A stretch of 60,480 bases of DNA, the filler included, from Hausera hauseri (Eukaryota): the NCBI GenBank assembly GCA_046269625.1. It is 10 parts of 10 records of this genome, joined end to end, with 100 filler letters (N's around TTAATTAATTAA, not from the genome) between each part and the next. Parts side by side here need not be neighbours in the genome. Positions count along the whole stretch, not along the records: positions 35,386 to 40,099 come from JBJURY010464467.1; positions 40,200 to 44,459 come from JBJURY010671329.1; positions 44,560 to 51,711 come from JBJURY010035113.1; 7 more parts are not named here. The stretch is one strand, 5' to 3'. Each line of letters starts with the position of its first letter. Within the stretch, counting starts at the first letter, position 1. The notes beneath the pieces were generated by a model. It saw nothing but the letters and a program-made list of their open reading frames with translations. It ran no database searches and was not told the origin of the DNA. Positions 36,170-49,189 of this stretch are shown here, piece after piece. Made by a program: the position numbers and the translations under genes.

Positions 36170-37250
36170 CATATGCCTAGTTGTATGCGCAGAAGAAAAA
36201 TCACCACTCCAACTCTAGAAATAGACATAAATCATGCTCTAGCTGCAGTAACAACCTACTGCAGTCTCTGAAAACTGGTAATTAATTCTAGCAAAACAAT
36301 CTACAAAGTTTTCATCCTCAACAGTCAGATAGCAAGGAAAGATGTGCTACTAAATTTAGATGGCAAAATCTTGGAAAAGAAAACAACCCTACTTGCCTAG
36401 GAGGTCAACTTGACACTAAACTTGCTTAAAGATTACATGTTGATGCATTGGTAGCAAATGCCGAAAAAGACTAAATCTGCTCTGCCCAGCAGATAAGACC
36501 CTCTTGTCCACATTGCTAAAATAAACATTGCAGATGATATAGCACTCTAAAGCTACAGCAAACAGTGCTAACCAGCTTGTAAAAACAAGGTGTCTAAAAT
36601 TCAATATAGAGAAAAGCAATGTCATGAGAATAAATGCTAAAAATAAAGAGGACATCACTATAGATTGACAAGAGCTAGACCAAACAGACCACTTCAAGTA
36701 TCTCGGGAGTTATGTTACCAAAGATGGTGATGTGGATAAGGAAATAAGCAAAAGGAATCGGACTGGCAGCAACAGTATTCAAGGAACTAAACAAAAAATG
36801 GAAATCTACAACATATAAGACACTCAGCGTGTAAAAATAAAATTTTCGCACAGTTCTCATAAATGGATCTGATACATCGACAACAAACACTAAACATATA
36901 ACAGACTAAGAGACTTTGAAGGTAGATGTCTATGAAGATTCCTTGGAATCCATTGGGAACAAAAATTGTCAAATTTAGAAATAGCACAACTCACTGGCAT
37001 CACAAATATCAACAATGAAATCAATGTATTGAGGATGCAAAAAAGCAGGCACCCATGGACAACCCTAAAATAAAATCCAGCAGTTAAGAGGGCAAAAGGG
37101 TGACACGGGCAGATCTGGAGACGAATTATAAACAAAGTACAGTCGGAGACTGGTAAGACATGGAAAGAAATAAATGTCTTACCCATGAAAGATCTGCCTG
37201 GAGAAAATTCATTGACGCCTTACACTTTAAGCGGAGCTAAATGAAGAAAA
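36170..37250 (+). mobile_element. Non-LTR RT C-terminal remnants (two pieces, the second RTE-like)
   Basis: INHALAAVTTYCSL*KLVINSSKT (36230-36310) and LDQTDHFKYLGSYVTKDGDVDKEISKR (about 36675-36760). Confidence 0.6.
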
Positions 37251-37589
37251 AGAATTAACAGTTACATAACGTGACGATTGAAATTGTATTAAGCATCGAG
37301 TTGTAAAATGTTTGGTGTACATGGTGAAGAGTTCGAATTTTAGACGTATTGGAGCTTTTGTACTCTCATGTCGAAGAGAATCATACCATTTGCCTCTGGA
37401 AATTTGAAATCGACCATATCACCTGACTTAAAAACGCTAACATAATTTTTGTTCTGAATCTTGGCCTCATACTCTTTCTTTATTTGATTTCCGTTGATTA
37501 TTGATATTACGAAATTCATTGAATCTGACACACTTGTCCAATATTCGGGCCTACGAAAATCCGATTTTGTACGTGTCCGTCAATAAAAA

Positions 37590-39430
37590 GGCGCTAAACG
37601 CTGGTCTACATGGGACATTCTTTTTGTCTGGTGACTTGAATGTTTTAATTGATTTTATATAATTTGACGTCGCTGATCACAAATATGCAGTTAGAAATTG
37701 TCCATCACGTCATAATTTTTCACAAAACACACAAATATTTATCATTTTCATGTGTTTGAGCAAAATACTGTCAAGTATCACTAAAATGTCTCCAGGCAAA
37801 TGAAAGTTAAATAGTGATTTATGAATATTGTTAATAGTGTTATTTTAATAGGGACTTGTAATTAATTTTCAAAATACACAGAACGTTAAAGCATTAACTA
37901 TATTATTTGTCAGGAACGTTCGTTTCTTTAATTTTCTGGAGTAGCTGGAATCACGGATTTCACACTCTATCATGTTTGTGTTCCACCTGCCTTGATTTCT
38001 TTGTTCCACGATCTTTATATTTTGTCGGAAGCATTCACCCTGCTCCTCATTTACAGCACCAGGATTTTTTGGAGATACATTTAGGTTGCTATGTAGAAAA
38101 TGCAATATGACACTCATGTTTACAGCTATCCTCTGATACTCTGCTAGTAAAGTTTCCAAACATTCTTAATTTTTCATTTGAAGCCTTATTTGAGTGCCAT
38201 AAAAAATGCGGGATTTTAACTTTACATGTGTCGATGATGGAAATATCTAGCAGAGGCAAGCACCATCTTTATCCAGATCCTTTACAAACTGCTTCATAAA
38301 GCCTAACTTGATATGCAGTAGGGGTAATAGTATTTTACTGCGATCAAAAAAGAATTTCGTGTTTTATATTCTTGTTGCCAACTTGAAGCGTCTTTCTGGC
38401 AATCCATTATTTTCTTTTTCAGTGTTCTTTCTTTTCTTTCTTTGCACGGCTGTCCCATAGACACATGTAACATGGTTATCTATTGTACCTTCCTTCTTGA
38501 CCCAGCAGTATCGATATTAACTTTAGGTCACCACAAACAACCCAGCACTGATCAGTATATTCTCTTAGGGAGAAGTATTCTCATTGTTTTGTAGGTTTCA
38601 TTCACTTTCAATGAGTAACCAATAGGAATAGATGCTCATTTGTTGCCATTATTCAACAACACAGTTTAAACGTCTCTTCGAGCTATCAATGAACAGCCTG
38701 CATTCCTCAGAAAGATACACGCATCCCATAGCTTTGATGAGTCCTTTGACATCGATGCAGTACACGAGTTGTTCATCCGTCTCAAAATACTTTACCTGGC
38801 TCTTCTCTCTTTATCGATATATGATGGTTATTTCGGAGGCTTGCACATTCCTCTCCTTTAGTCTTTGGAAATGTTTGGAATATAACCACTGTGTGGAATG
38901 GGTTAGCACACTGAATGGAATGTTTGGACATTTAGTTAAAGCCTATCACGTCAATCATACAACATTAACAGTCTTCCATATGATCTTGTATTGTCCTGAT
39001 CATCGAATGTAACTCCAAAATATCATAATAAGATTTGAATACAAAGTCTGATACATTTTTCCTTTGTTTTTGGAGTTGTAAAACGGCCACAATGTATCAC
39101 AATATGTCTGAGTCATTTTTACTCTTTCTAAGAATGGCAGCCGTTTTTCACATTAATCTATAAGGAGGAAAAATACATTTAGATGTTTTTTTTTTTTAAA
39201 CAAAACAGAAAAATCCGTGAAACAAACCTGACATGTTGATGAAAAATGTATATGATTTATGGATTCTTTAGTAGATTCTTTTGTTCTTTTGGCCAACCAA
39301 ATAACTTTTACAGTTGTACTGTTCGTAGTGAACGGCTTCCGAAGTGAAACCACACTCTTATGTTTGCATTACAGCTCTCGGACTGAGACTAACTTATTTC
39401 TTATACAATTCATCTCGGCTTTTATTTTCT
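37590..39430 (-). mobile_element. Degenerate Chapaev3-like (CMC) DNA transposon
   Basis: RLFIDSSKR, WVVCGDLKLISILLGQ, ILLPLLHIKLGFMKQFVK, NMSVILHFLHSNLNVSPKNPGAVNEEQGECFRQNIK..QGRWN. A DNA transposase is clear; the superfamily label is from recall. Confidence 0.75.
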
Positions 39431-39489
39431 CTTGATGTCCTCCTATTCCAATCTCAAATTAGATGTAGTATAAAAATGTAAATGACCTC

Positions 39490-39705
39490 ATTCACGCCTT
39501 GAAGATGTATAAGGCGAGGCGGAGTTGTGTTCATGTTTTTCATTGACCAACGGCACTAAATTGCGTATATGGTCAAGATTACGCTAGATCGCCTTTACTT
39601 TCCCCAGATAATTTTTCCGGCACCCATTATTTTTAGGATGTGTGGATCTTTGGACTCGCCACACCAGGGATTGAATCTTTGACCACACAGTCGAAAGCGA
39701 CCTAA
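39490..39705 (-). mobile_element. Possible degenerate tRNA-derived SINE
   Basis: Minus-strand B-box-like GATTCAATCC followed by AATGGGTGCCGG, similar to the SINE at the window end. Confidence 0.35.
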
Positions 39706-40099
39706 ATAGATAAAATATACCTCTCATTCTTTAATGCACGTGCGTATCATTTTAATATCATAAACTATAACCGGTGTTCTTTTTTCTCCTCCTACAGAAG
39801 ATGGTAAGTCTGTTATATTTTTTAAAATAATTATTACGTGTTAATTACAGTAATTGTTTTAGTTGCTTTAGTCTGGAACAAAACTTGAATTCTGTATTTT
39901 AAAAAAAAAACCTTGAAAATGTCAAAAAACGATAGAAGAAAAGTCTTTTAAAAATGAAACATTTGACAAATTGAAAAACAATTACAAGTAGCCATTAACA
40001 AGTGTATACCATCAATATTGTACTTATTATTTTGCGAAAAATTTCCTGAGCTCTTAGAATTTCTGTGTATATAAAGAAAGATTAGGAAGGTGGGTATTT

Positions 40100-40199
40100 N
40101 NNNNNNNNNNNNNNNNNNNNNNNNNNNNNNNNNNNNNNNNNNNTTAATTAATTAANNNNNNNNNNNNNNNNNNNNNNNNNNNNNNNNNNNNNNNNNNNN
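40100..40199. other. Artificial contig linker
   Basis: N44-TTAATTAATTAA-N44. Confidence 0.98.
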
Positions 40200-41589
40200 A
40201 TATTCTCAATTATATTTATTTTCAGCGTCATTTATCTTTTAATTTTCTCATTTTACAGTTAGTTACTCCAAATATAAAATTATTTAAGAATTGTTATCAT
40301 TAGTATATAAAATAGCCTTCTAAAAGTGACACTGATAATCTTTTCCATGACCTTCAGATACAAAACTTCCATGAAAACTGGATATCCAAATGCATGTAGC
40401 CAAGACTGGTAAATATATCGAGATCCATATAGAAAAATAATTATTAAAAGATACAAAACAAACGTTGATGACCTAACGTCGTTTTCGACTAAAAATTGTT
40501 CAAACATGTTTATTATTTTTAATACACTGCTTTTTTATTAACATTGTAGTTATATCAATTTTAATTTATGTGAAATTGGTACTTCCTGCATGAATCATTC
40601 TCCAATGTGAAATCAAAAGACACGATGTTTTGCGTTCATTTATATTAAACCATTTTTGCAGGAAGTGTTTTTACGATTTGCTTTATAACCACTTGTTATA
40701 ACTTCGTATGTATTTTCTGATTTCGCATTTGTAACTGATTATGCAGGAAGTACCAGTGTTCAGAAATTTCTGGATAACAGCAAAAATAATTTAAATATTC
40801 TCATTTTTAATTAAATCTGCGTTTTGCATTAAAATTAGGTTTCTTGTATCATATATTGCACCATGTGGTGTATCTCTCATTGTACAGCAAAAAATCGGAT
40901 ATCAGTTAATGTAAATTGCCGACACTAAATGTCCGATTTTTGCTATTCACCCTGTGCTTTTCATCCACTTTATATCAATATTAGTGGTGCTTGTCGATTT
41001 AATTTAGCTGCTATATAATCTGTAATTGTATTTAATAACGTAACCAAATTTGGTGATATGAAGTAAACTAGAATAATTGACGGAGAATTTTGAATAATTT
41101 ACTAAGAAAATAAGTTTCGTAATCCCTGATGAGGTTGGTATTGTTCAGTCTCCGAATTTCATTCTTCTAATAGTCGTCAAAAATAGCCCGGATGATCTGG
41201 CCAACGTCCTTAAGTACATTAGATGTTCCGTTCATTAGGTATTATGTGATTTTGTAGAGTCAATCGAGTAGTTTACCGTTCATACAACATAGATGTGTCA
41301 CAAATGGTCTCGTCTCCAATAAATTATTTTAATGTTAGTATATGCGACAGAATCCACTAAACAATTTTACATTTTTAATTTTTGACACTAATTACTTAGA
41401 TGATTGTGTAGTGACTACACTTCCCTTGTCTTTCGTATTATTTACTTTAACATAGTTTAAATAATTGTATCGAAGTTTATACGTCATTTATAACCTAGAA
41501 AATACGGTCGCTAAGAAAGCACAAAATTTTAAAATGCATGAGTACAATAAAAATCGAAGCTGCATGTAATAGCATCAGCATCATTAAGA

Positions 41590-42165
41590 ATGAACAAAAA
41601 TAAAAATTTGAATCTCTGATCACTGTGGTGCCCACTGCGGTTGGTGCCCTTTGGCCCATTTGGTTGGACACGGCCGGGCGTCCGCTGCCGCCGTGTTGGG
41701 CCCACAGGCGGGTCCCGATCTTCCGCCTCGAAAGAATTCAAAGAACTACGACTGAAATCCAAATGCACAAATTTCAAGTTTGTATTAGAAGGTCCGTTTT
41801 ATATGTATGACGTCAAAATTGAAAATAAAACTTTAAGAACAAAGCTTGAACCTCTTACTCAGTTATCAGCAAAAGTAGCGAATGGACAGCCATTTTATTA
41901 TGACGGTCGTCAGTTGTTTACCACCACGAAATAGAAGCGGACGGATATTGAAACGTTTACAGTAAATGATGTTACATCAAAACTAACTCAAAACAATTCC
42001 TCATACCAAAACAAAGAATCCAAATCACCTAATTCAGATCTCAGTTATAATGTGAAACAATCATCAAGAATAACTAAAACAGAGAACAACTCATGTGTCA
42101 GACAGTCGATATCTGTTTCGGATTTTCAGCAAAACATTCGACGCAATCATAAACATCTTCACATT
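41590..42165 (+). pseudogene. Argonaute-family N-terminal domain fragment, cut by the Polinton terminus
   Basis: G/R-rich leader, then TNFKFVLEGPFYMYDVKIE..PFYYDGRQLFTT (cf. Ago N domain NYF..IYHYDVDI..VYDGRKNLYT). Contains internal stops. Confidence 0.55.
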
Positions 42166-44459
42166 AGTAGGGGAAAAATGCGGGTTCTCCCTCACCCACG
42201 GGGTGTGCGCGTCGATAAATCTATAGTGCACATGTACCAATCGATAGTGCACATGGTGCGCTATCGATTGGTGGTGTACCAGGCAACGATGCTGCTAGGC
42301 CGCGTTGCTAAGGGCACTTTTGCACATTTCACAAATCGATCGCTTCATAGTGCAGTATTGATCGAATCGATCGGGACAAAACGCTAATCGATAGTGCACA
42401 TAAGTGCGCTTCGACTAGTGCACAGTGCAGGTGTGCAGCACATGTGAAAGTGTGAAAAGATAAATAATATCGGATTTCCGATATTCCCAATATTGATTAT
42501 TGTGGCACGGCACCGGGTGCAATCGGAAGCATACATGATGCACTGTGTGCATGTGCAGTTAGAATTTGAATATATTGATTGGCTTTTGAATAATTGCCAA
42601 CTGAGGGAGAACCCGCATAGGCCTTTCCGGTATAAATTGAAAATGAATAATATCAATATGGCACATATACTGGCGGGTGTAGTACTTGATGTACTATCGT
42701 TCAGTGCAATACTCGAGTCAGGAGTGATCTTGGATACGGTTGCCAAGGCACTTTTTCACTTTTCACATTTGGGTCATTGTGCAGCGTAGGATTGACGGAA
42801 TCGATCGGGGTCAAGTGCAGATAGGTAGAGCACATCGAGATGCATTTTTATGTATACTGTGCAGTGCAAAAACACGTGTGCAAGTATGCAAAAATCAATA
42901 ATATCGAATTTCCGATATTTCCAATATTGATGATTGGGATATGTGATCGGGTGCAATCGATTGGAAACAAGGTGCAGTATATGAATGTGCAGTTAGAATT
43001 TAAATTTATCGAGCCGATTTCGAATAATATCGATCTATAGTGCAACTGGGACAGACTCCCCATAGGTTTTTTAGGCCCTAAGGAAGCAAAATTCAACATT
43101 ATAATTAGCGGGGACAGATAGGAAATCGAGTATGGCGATCTGGAATCTCGAGTCAGATATTCGAAATTCTAATATTTTCGAGCTCAAATATCGAATATCG
43201 AACTATGCGAAAAATCTAACAGCGGTAATCGATTCCTCATATATGAAAACCCCCTTATACATAAAAATTATTCCGTGAAAATGTACTATATAGACCCAAT
43301 ATCAATATTTTGAATTAAGTAAAATCTGCATTTAAAGCTCAGTAAAGCGGAAATCAATAAATCTAATAGCGGTGCGGGATAGAAATTCATGTATGTTGAA
43401 TCGGAATATGGCATCAGGTATTCGAATTCGAGCTTACATGTCGAATACTTAGCTATTCGAACTGTAATATTCGGTCAAGCATCCATTATTCGAAGAATCT
43501 AATGCAGCCATTCGATTCTCCATGGTTGAAAACCTATTTGAATTTGGCGCTGCCAGGTATTTAATTTAATTGATGCATTAAAACAAAAGCACATTAAACT
43601 TTGGTGCATAAACAAGTGCTAAATATAGAACATGACATACATAATGGACAACAAACCAATAACTGATATGAAAAAACAGGATAATGAGTACTTTGAAGAT
43701 GTTACAGAATATACATGTATTCAATTGGATACAGCTAATCGGATTGAAGATACTGAATTCTTCGAGGACTGCTGCGAAGATTGTTGACGCAGTGAATGTG
43801 GCTATGACGAAATTAAAATCGATATTATCGAAGAAGAAGAAGAGGAGGAGGGTGATATACAGGATTGATCATGTATAGGTCGTATAGCTTATTATTGTTG
43901 TCATGTTAATAAATTTGTTGTTGTATACACACGTGTTGCTTTTTTTGAAGAGACATAAATCGATAATAATATATTATTTAAAACACAACTAACAAAATCA
44001 CTATAATTCAAATTCTTTAAACCGGTAATAACAGTTATACCCATATGAAACACATTTACACATAGAGGATTATAGCAAGTCAGTCTAAAGGCAGGAAATA
44101 ATTCTGGTTCATAGAGACTTCAATTATTCCGAGCCAATGTGTTTAAATCTATTGGTTCGCCAAAATCACATCACTGTAATTGATTGTATTCCCACTATTG
44201 ATATATTGTAGGGCAAACTGCATGGCTCAATGTGCTTTTTACATTCCCTTATTCGGGATTTTCCACTGGGGAAGAATACAGTCGTATATTCGGGGTATCG
44301 TAAAACACACTGTTTAGGTCTACATCTGTATTTGAATTCATCCAAGGGAGCTGTAGTGAAACCTCTGTAGTTGATGTTGCTCAGAATATTTGTAAAAATG
44401 AAAGGTACATTTCCAACTGACTTGTCACATTCAAATTGAACAAATACGATTGGCTGACA
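42166..44459 (+). mobile_element. Polinton/adintovirus end: terminal repeat (42166 to about 43540) plus a subterminal TBP-like gene
   Basis: Starts AGTAGGGGAAAAATGCGGGTTC and is homologous to the 32503 and 7354(-) copies up to about 43540, then diverges. Confidence 0.75.
43960..44459 (-). pseudogene. Divergent TATA-binding protein (TBP)-like gene, not in the ORF track
   Basis: Manual translation: LSNINYRG..RPKQCVLRYPEYTTVFFPSGKSRI (repeat 1), IVGIQSITVM/DFGEPIDLNTLARNN*SLYEPELFPAFRLTCYNPLCVNVFHMGITVITGLK (repeat 2, cf. IQNMVGSCDVKFPIRLEGL..YEPELFPGLIYRM..LLIFVSGKVVLTGAK). One frameshift near 44168 and one stop. Confidence 0.8.
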
Positions 44460-44559
44460 NNNNNNNNNNNNNNNNNNNNNNNNNNNNNNNNNNNNNNNNN
44501 NNNTTAATTAATTAANNNNNNNNNNNNNNNNNNNNNNNNNNNNNNNNNNNNNNNNNNNN
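44460..44559. other. Artificial contig linker
   Basis: N44-TTAATTAATTAA-N44. Confidence 0.98.
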
Positions 44560-44896
44560 GTCTGATTTGTGCAACGCGGATAATTGTGTTATCGGTATAT
44601 ATAAATAATAAAATATATATACATAATATAAGCTGCTATAGCAGCTGATCAATTGGAATAAAATTAAATATTGATGAAAATTGAGAATTCTGAATTATGA
44701 AATTTATAATGTTTGATCCAAAAGTCCTGTTATGGACAAAATCAGACGTATTAAATTCTGTGCAAAATATGAGCGAATTTGATGAAAATAAGATACCAGT
44801 AGATGCGGACAAATTCGAGGGCCATGCCTCTGGCTCCTCACCAAAAATATGAGAAACTCGGGCTAGGAGAGGCGTCAGAAATATAGACGATTAAAA

Positions 44897-47700
44897 ATGT
44901 CCCAATCGTCTTATTTGCAGCAACAAATACGAAATTTTGAAATGGATCAGTTAAAATGTAAAATGTTAGAAATGGCATCTGTGCCTATATCTCAGCAAAT
45001 TTCTGAAACTAAAACACGCTTTAATGATAGGAAAATATGTGAAAAATGTATATCAGATCTTAAGAATGGTGATCAGTTAAATTTAAAAACCGTTCCAATA
45101 CTCATTCGTCGAGATGCGTTATCTTCATTTGGGGATATCGGTTCTTTGGATGATTGTAATTTAAATGAAATTATAATTAAATTGGAAAACGCTTAAAGCT
45201 CAAATTTAATGCAGAGATGGAAATTCACTGATGCCTTTACGTTAGAAATTAGAGTCAAAAATGTATCGGATTCGAACGAGTTTAATTTGTTACCCAAAAC
45301 CGAGTTTCATCAAAGGTGAAAAAGTTGGCTACGAATTTCAACTAATTCGTTAGAGAAAATTGTCGACGGAACTGTGACGTCGTATATAGAGGGAGTCAGT
45401 TTGTGTACCGAGAAATTTTTGATCATTACTGGAGTGTTAAAGGTATTTGAATGTTATGTAAATAAGATCGTTATTGGTTATTGTTGCCTTTTTAGTTGGA
45501 TGGACCCTGCCAGGGGTTGTGTGATGTCTTTGCGTGAATGTATGTATGCTAAAATCCGTATGCATGTTTGGAGCCATGAAATTAATGGTGGAGAGAATCC
45601 CCCGGAGAGCGGCACTCCGAAAACAATGGCCAAGTGTGTTGAAAAACTTAAATTAAATGTTTTTTCATATTCATATATATCTGATAAAGGGTTTTGGAGA
45701 GATATGGGAGTATATATATTGAAGTATGTGAAATTCATGGTTAATTCAAGAAGAAACAAACATGTACGGAAAATGAATGCTTATATACACCATGTTCTAG
45801 TGAAAAGGAGGGGGTTCTCGTGGGCAACACGCAAAAATTTATGGTTGATGTTCGTCATCTGAATCGGGATCTTTTAATGGGGAGTAGTATGAATTTAAAT
45901 GGGCCCAGCAAACAATCGTGCAATGAGATAAATATGGACGAAGTCGTTCATATATTCAATATAAATCTTCCAATGATTGTCGTCCAGAAATTGTCTTCAT
46001 TATCATTGGAATTGTGTTATTCCCTCGTAAAGCCGAACCCACATTGGTGTCAGAAGTGGAAGTCGATTGATAAATATCTCCAATCTCTGAAACGTTCATT
46101 CGATCATGTTGAGATCGAACATTGCATTCAAGGTACAACAGTTTTCAAAAATCTCATTACTGAAATTGTTGTTTCTGAAAATTTTCGACACTGCTCTAGC
46201 TAATGGTTTAATCTTAATGCTCAATTCTTCGGTAAATGATCTGGCTATTATTAATTTGGATAAAAACAAACTTGCAAGCACAATGAGTGGCATTATTACC
46301 GATGATGATACAACAATTTTATTCGCCAGTGCTGTAATTCGAAATTCCGCTCTCGAATATCCACAGAATGTACTCACCGGTCAATTTATGGTTGATGGTA
46401 AAAAGGGTACCGTTATTCCTTTTAAATCTTCAACACCAGTTGCTGTATCGAATAATTTCCGTGTACGCATAAACCAAGCTGCTGAAGCATTGCTCCTTGA
46501 TACAGACAGCGTAGTCCAGAATGGTGGTACTTCTAAAAAGACATTAGCCGATAACATGAAGGCAGTTGTTAAAACGATTTCAGATTTTGCTGATGAATTT
46601 GAAGATCGAGTAGTTGAAGATCGAATAGTTGAAGATCCGAATAAGGAAAAGGAAGAACAAAGGACAGATGCTCCAAACTGTGTTAAGTCTGCAGTATTTA
46701 ATATTTATGATGACAAAAGCACAGAAGTTTCACGACTGACAATGACAAATACCAAATGTCTAGTTATTGCCAATTCTGCAAAAAATGACGAATGTAAAAT
46801 GTTTTCAGACACACTTGAACAACCTTATTCGGAAATTAGATGTCAATTGGACGATTTTTTAGCCATGGTTACTCACAACATTGAGGGAAATCAAGCCCAG
46901 ACAGTCTATCCAAATTCTCAGATCGATCTCACTATGGAGAGGCTTGTTAACCTTGCTTCATAAATATTAGCCTTACCTTCAGAACTCATAAAAAGGCCTT
47001 TTCAGACCCTTTTCCAAAGTGCTGAACAACGACAAAGTATTTCAACGAATATTAGCAACCAATGTAAATTGACCTCATTCGATTATTTGAATTCACTTGG
47101 AGAGCTGTTTACTGTTGTCAACAAATCCCGAATTTACAAATGTGTAAAGGATTTTGGGTCACAGGTTACTGAAGAATTTCTGGAATTTTTCTAGATTTTA
47201 CAGAAGATTAGTCAGAATCCCGATGATAAATTTATTGAATACTTTATATTGGATGTGTTTTATGAGATACAGGATAATATCAAATCATTATTGGATTTTT
47301 CCGCAGAGTTGTATGCTTCAGATGACCAACCGAAGAATCCGAACAGACGAGTCTCGTTTCGTGAACAATCTCATAAAAATGAACTGAGTGCCTCTCGAGA
47401 TCCATTGTTGCCAATCAAAAGGAAAATTGTCATTGAATTAAACAATATATAATCTGATTTTAATCGACGAAAAGGTAATTTTATGGTTGATCGAGACCTG
47501 AAACCGTTAGTGGAAGAATTTATAAAGTTCATAAAACTGTGCAGTGACCTCATCGGTATGTCTTGACAATGCTTCAATAATTCAAAGACATCATTAAGTT
47601 CAAGAATGACATAGGCCGATTCTCTAAATCCTGATGCTACCATCGATATTAATAAGGTAGTGCGAATAATTTGTAATTGCATTTACAGCTCAAATAATAA
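44897..47700 (+). pseudogene. Fragmented long coding region of unknown family, probably the 5' part of the ZFYVE1-like gene
   Basis: A chain of co-oriented ORFs (99, 162, 127, 285, 67 aa) broken by stops and frameshifts, with no recognisable motif. Confidence 0.4.
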
Positions 47701-48690
47701 TAACCAGAGAACTTTGAGTTGGATTAGAGAAATAGATATCAAGAACACGTGCTTAGATATACCAAAGGCATGGTACAGATGTACTACTGTTTGTGAAATA
47801 TATTCTAATCAATGCACTCATTACATTTCCCGTAATGACAATCACAAAAATTATATACAGTGATGAATGATTTATTATTGTAAACAATGCATTTCACAAT
47901 TTATCCACGAAACATGTTCCCCTCATATCAAAGTCTACGAGCAAATCAGAATTTTTTTAAAAAGGTTATTTTATACCCTTTCAGGGGCTTCTTAGTTGAA
48001 TGTGACAGACAAGGGATTGTATTTGATTCGAATATATTCTGTATATCGTATGAAAATACGGTTGATGTAGTTGATATACAAAAATAGCCTGGTCAGAATT
48101 TCTTAAAAGGTAACGTTCATCCAATGAGTCAAATGATCATCGACGCTGTAAAAGAGTATTCAGAACCTGTCAGCCATTTACTTGTTCAGTTAGGTGAATA
48201 TTTACCGGACGTAGTCAATTCGGATTACTGGGAACGGACTAATTCAACTAGTTTATGTAGTTCTTGTAAAAAGATATTTATGAAGATTATGAATAAGCAC
48301 CATTGTCGCAGTTGTAAACAAGTTCTTTGCAGCTACTGCATCTAGGATTAGGATAACAGTCGGAAGCTGTTCGGAATGTCCTATTAAAATCCAAACCACG
48401 AACCTTGGTAACGACCCGCCAATTGTCACCCTAAGAAACATAAAATCATCATTTGGGTATACATTCGGATACTTTCGAAAATCGTTGACAACATGGAACA
48501 GACCAATGTATTGAGAAGTGAATGATATTGTCCATGAATGTTTTATATGCAATGCAGCGTTTTCAACCAAATTTGATCCAATTCGTCATTGTCGAGCTTG
48601 TGGGCGACACGTTTGTAATGAATGTAGTCAACATCTCCAAACATTCAAATGGAGAGATATAAATGATCCGGTGTTGAAACAAGCTATTGA
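47700..48690 (+). pseudogene. ZFYVE1: Double-FYVE protein, ZFYVE1/DFCP1-like C-terminal region
   Basis: GFLVECDRQGIVFDS (~GYVIECPNCGVVYRS). FYVE1: YWERTNSTSLCSSC..KHHCRSCKQVLCSYC. FYVE2: RPMY*EVNDIVHECFIC..RHCRACGRHVCNECS. Confidence 0.7.
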
Positions 48691-49189
48691 AGACCAAATA
48701 AGAAGTTTTGGACAAACTCCAAGTCAACTTCTCACAGAACTACATCTCCACAAAATTCTGCGTTTCGCGTCAGCCCTTTCATGTCTGCTCTAGTCCAATC
48801 AGATTTGTTGATGATACTCAAGTTTGTTAGCAATTCTCATATAGTTTGGATGTCAGGCAACGTCCATCCTCAATTGTCATTATCTGCCGCGCGGACAATA
48901 CCCGGTAACTATTTATACGGAATTAATAAGTGGAACCATGCGGCAGCTGTAAGTGCCCAGGCTTCATTTCCGCAATCAATAATTGGAACATTATCTTTAG
49001 CTACCTCTCAGAACTCGCAATATTTTTCATCATCCTCAACTAGTAATCAATATCTTACAAATATGGATTCTCATTACAAAATGGTCACAATCGTACCATT
49101 CGTAGTGCAATTGTCATTGTCTATGGACCCACTTTTGGGACAAACAAATCTATCAGAGCACAATCTTGCAGAAGAATTCGATCTCTCTA

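Noticed and set aside
41125-41160. CTGATGA as a hammerhead core
   Set aside because: No properly placed stem II or GAAA.
42052-43099. ORFs within the Polinton terminal repeats (also 6229-7437 and 32543-33535)
   Set aside because: The frames are not conserved between homologous copies; non-coding.
1861-48520. Stop-codon reassignment suggested by many in-frame TAA/TAG/TGA
   Set aside because: The stops replace different residues (E, W, probably Q/R) and frameshifts are equally common, which fits decay or sequencing error.
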